A DNA stretch of 32,000 nucleotides from Dickeya dadantii NCPPB 898 (GTDB lineage: Bacteria; Pseudomonadota; Gammaproteobacteria; Enterobacterales; Enterobacteriaceae): the NCBI RefSeq assembly GCF_000406145.1, contig NZ_CM001976.1:2102161-2134160 (forward strand). Reading direction: 5' to 3'. A program made the position numbers and the translations under genes. Below are positions 30,173-32,000 of this stretch, piece by piece. Below the pieces are notes generated by a model. That model saw only the letters and a program-made list of their open reading frames with translations, was not told the origin of the DNA and made no database searches. Numbering within the stretch: position 1 is the stretch's first letter; every line of letters begins with the position of its first letter.

Positions 30173-31516
30173 GTGAGCAACCTGTCACTCGATTTTTCCA
30201 GTAATCAGTTCCAGCCGCTGGCCGCGCGGATGAGGCCGGCCAAGCTGGCGCAATATATCGGTCAACAGCATCTGTTGGGGCCTGGCAAACCGCTGCCGCG
30301 CGCGATTGAAGCGGGGCAACTTCACTCCATGATTCTGTGGGGGCCGCCGGGGACTGGAAAAACGACGCTGGCCGAGTTGATTGGTCGTTACGGGCAGGCC
30401 GATGTGGAGCGGATTTCCGCCGTGACCTCCGGCATCAAGGAAATTCGCGAGGCGATTGAGCGTGCGCGCCAGAACCGGGATGCCGGGCGCCGTACCATCC
30501 TGTTTGTGGACGAAGTGCATCGCTTCAATAAAAGCCAGCAGGACGCCTTTCTGCCGCACATTGAAGACGGCACCATCACCTTTATTGGCGCCACCACTGA
30601 GAACCCGTCGTTTGAACTGAACTCGGCGCTGTTGTCCCGTGCTCGTGTCTATCTGCTTAAGGCGCTGAGCGCCGACGATATCGAGCAGGTGCTGGATCAG
30701 GCGTTGCAGGACAAGGAACGGGGGCTGGGCGGGCAGCAGATTGTTCTGCCGGACGACACCCGCCGCCTGCTGGCTGAGCTGGTAAACGGCGATGCCCGGC
30801 GCTCGCTGAATCTACTGGAAATGATGGCCGATATGGCGGAAGTGGACGCCAGCGGCCAACGCGTATTGACATCGGCCTTGCTGAAGGAAGTATCCGGTGA
30901 ACGTAGCGCCCGTTTCGACAACAAAGGCGATCGCTATTACGACCTGATTTCCGCGCTGCATAAATCGGTGCGCGGTTCGGCGCCGGATGCCGCCTTGTAC
31001 TGGTATGCCCGTATCATCACCGCCGGTGGCGATCCTTTGTATGTCGCGCGGCGTTTGCTGGCTATCGCGTCTGAAGATGTGGGCAACGCCGATCCACGGG
31101 CGATGCAGGTAGCGATTGCCGCCTGGGATTGTTTCACCCGCGTCGGTCCGGCGGAGGGAGAGCGCGCCATCGCTCAGGCGATAGTCTATCTGGCGTGTGC
31201 GCCGAAGAGTAATGCGGTGTATACCGCGTTTAAATCGGCGATGCATGATGCCCGCGAGAAGCCGGATTACGACGTGCCGGAGCACTTGCGCAATGCGCCA
31301 ACCCGCCTGATGAAAGAGATGGGGCTGGGCGCCGAATATCGCTATGCGCATGATGAAGATAACGCTTACGCCGCCGGTGAAGTGTATTTCCCGCCTGAAA
31401 TGGCAGAAACGCACTACTATCAGCCGACTTCGCGGGGTTTGGAAGCCAAGATTGGCGAAAAGCTGGCCTGGCTCGCTGCTCAGGATCAAAATAGCCCGAC
31501 AAAACGCTACCGCTAG
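30173..31516 (+). CDS. rarA: Replication-associated recombination protein RarA (MgsA/YcaJ), AAA+ ATPase
   Basis: A GTG start gives [22 protein letters not shown], matching E. coli [22 protein letters not shown], and the product is 447 aa as in E. coli. Walker A is GPPGTGKTT. The start lies 7 nt after the lolA stop. Confidence 0.94.
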   Translation: MSNLSLDFSSNQFQPLAARMRPAKLAQYIGQQHLLGPGKPLPRAIEAGQLHSMILWGPPGTGKTTLAELIGRYGQADVERISAVTSGIKEIREAIERARQNRDAGRRTILFVDEVHRFNKSQQDAFLPHIEDGTITFIGATTENPSFELNSALLSRARVYLLKALSADDIEQVLDQALQDKERGLGGQQIVLPDDTRRLLAELVNGDARRSLNLLEMMADMAEVDASGQRVLTSALLKEVSGERSARFDNKGDRYYDLISALHKSVRGSAPDAALYWYARIITAGGDPLYVARRLLAIASEDVGNADPRAMQVAIAAWDCFTRVGPAEGERAIAQAIVYLACAPKSNAVYTAFKSAMHDAREKPDYDVPEHLRNAPTRLMKEMGLGAEYRYAHDEDNAYAAGEVYFPPEMAETHYYQPTSRGLEAKIGEKLAWLAAQDQNSPTKRYR

Positions 31517-31622
31517 CATTAACGTTGCGGTAAGGTTATTCCGAGATTTTCTGCTGCACGGCGCCGCTGTCGGCGCCCTGTAATTATCAATATCCCCTTA
31601 ATAATACAAGCACAGGACTAGC

Positions 31623-32000
31623 ATGCTCGATCCCAATTTACTGCGTAATGAGCTAGACGCAGTTGCCGAAAAATTACTGGCTCGCCGAAATTTTAAACTG
31701 GATGTGGAAGCGCTGCGTACGCTGGAAGAACGCCGTAAAGTGCTTCAGGTTGAAACAGAAAATTTGCAGGCAGAACGTAACTCCCGATCGAAAGAGATCG
31801 GAGCGGCTAAATCGCGTGGGGAAGACATTGAACCGTTGCGACGCGACGTAAATGAATTGGGCGAGAAACTGGACGCAGCCAAAGCTGAATTGCAGCAGGT
31901 GCTGAATGACATTGAAACGATTTCCCTGATGATTCCCAACATGCCGGATGATTGTGTCCCGCCTGGTAAAGATGATTCGGAAAATCAGGAAGTGATGCGC
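31623..32000 (+). CDS. serS: Seryl-tRNA synthetase, N-terminal fragment (continues beyond the window)
   Basis: The ATG at 31623 opens a frame that runs to the window end. [60 protein letters not shown] matches the E. coli SerS coiled-coil N-terminus. It is absent from the ORF track because no stop codon falls inside the window. Confidence 0.92.
   Translation, partial: MLDPNLLRNELDAVAEKLLARRNFKLDVEALRTLEERRKVLQVETENLQAERNSRSKEIGAAKSRGEDIEPLRRDVNELGEKLDAAKAELQQVLNDIETISLMIPNMPDDCVPPGKDDSENQEVMR

Noticed and set aside
31517-31622. A GGCGCC-GCTGTC-GGCGCC hairpin between rarA and serS, considered as a possible terminator.
   Set aside because: The stem is only 6 bp, is built from a self-complementary hexamer, and has no U-tract. 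It is insufficient for a terminator call.

Overview
This window looks like an ordinary, conserved Enterobacterales core-chromosome segment. It is collinear with the E. coli K-12 potI-ybjO-rlmC ... lrp-ftsK-lolA-rarA-serS region. GC-rich third codon positions and a Yersinia/Pectobacteriaceae-style ERIC element suggest a Dickeya-like or other Pectobacteriaceae host, but that is only an inference.

Gene order:
- potI (3' end), ybjO, rlmC
- an MFS transporter that is not at this position in K-12
- artJ, artM, artQ, artI, artP
- ybjQ, amiD, ybjT
- hcr, hcp
- ybjD (OLD-family ATPase/Toprim nuclease homolog)
- cspD, clpS, clpA, infA, aat
- cydC, cydD, trxB, lrp, ftsK, lolA, rarA, serS (5' end)

All identifications come from reading the supplied translations against remembered E. 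coli orthologs. No database search was run. Several ORF-track starts were trimmed to the ortholog-consistent start codon that has a Shine-Dalgarno sequence.

I found no tRNA, rRNA, CRISPR array, IS element, integrase or prophage genes. The only mobile-type sequence is one ERIC/IRU miniature element.

I do not see a convincing novel multi-gene system. The leads worth a second look are small-scale:
- a 20-bp x ~6.6 perfect tandem array that starts inside the ybjO stop codon and ends just upstream of rlmC
- a second family of 15-16-bp tandem repeats (CGTTYA..ACTGAA) present at two separate intergenic sites
- an enlarged ERIC element
- two ARG-box-like 18+3+18 operators, one overlapping the artP start codon
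- NsrR-, FNR- and LexA-like operators
- an SD-sequestering hairpin between hcp and hcr
- a strongly diverged FtsK linker that keeps one duplicated motif
- several gene-content differences from K-12
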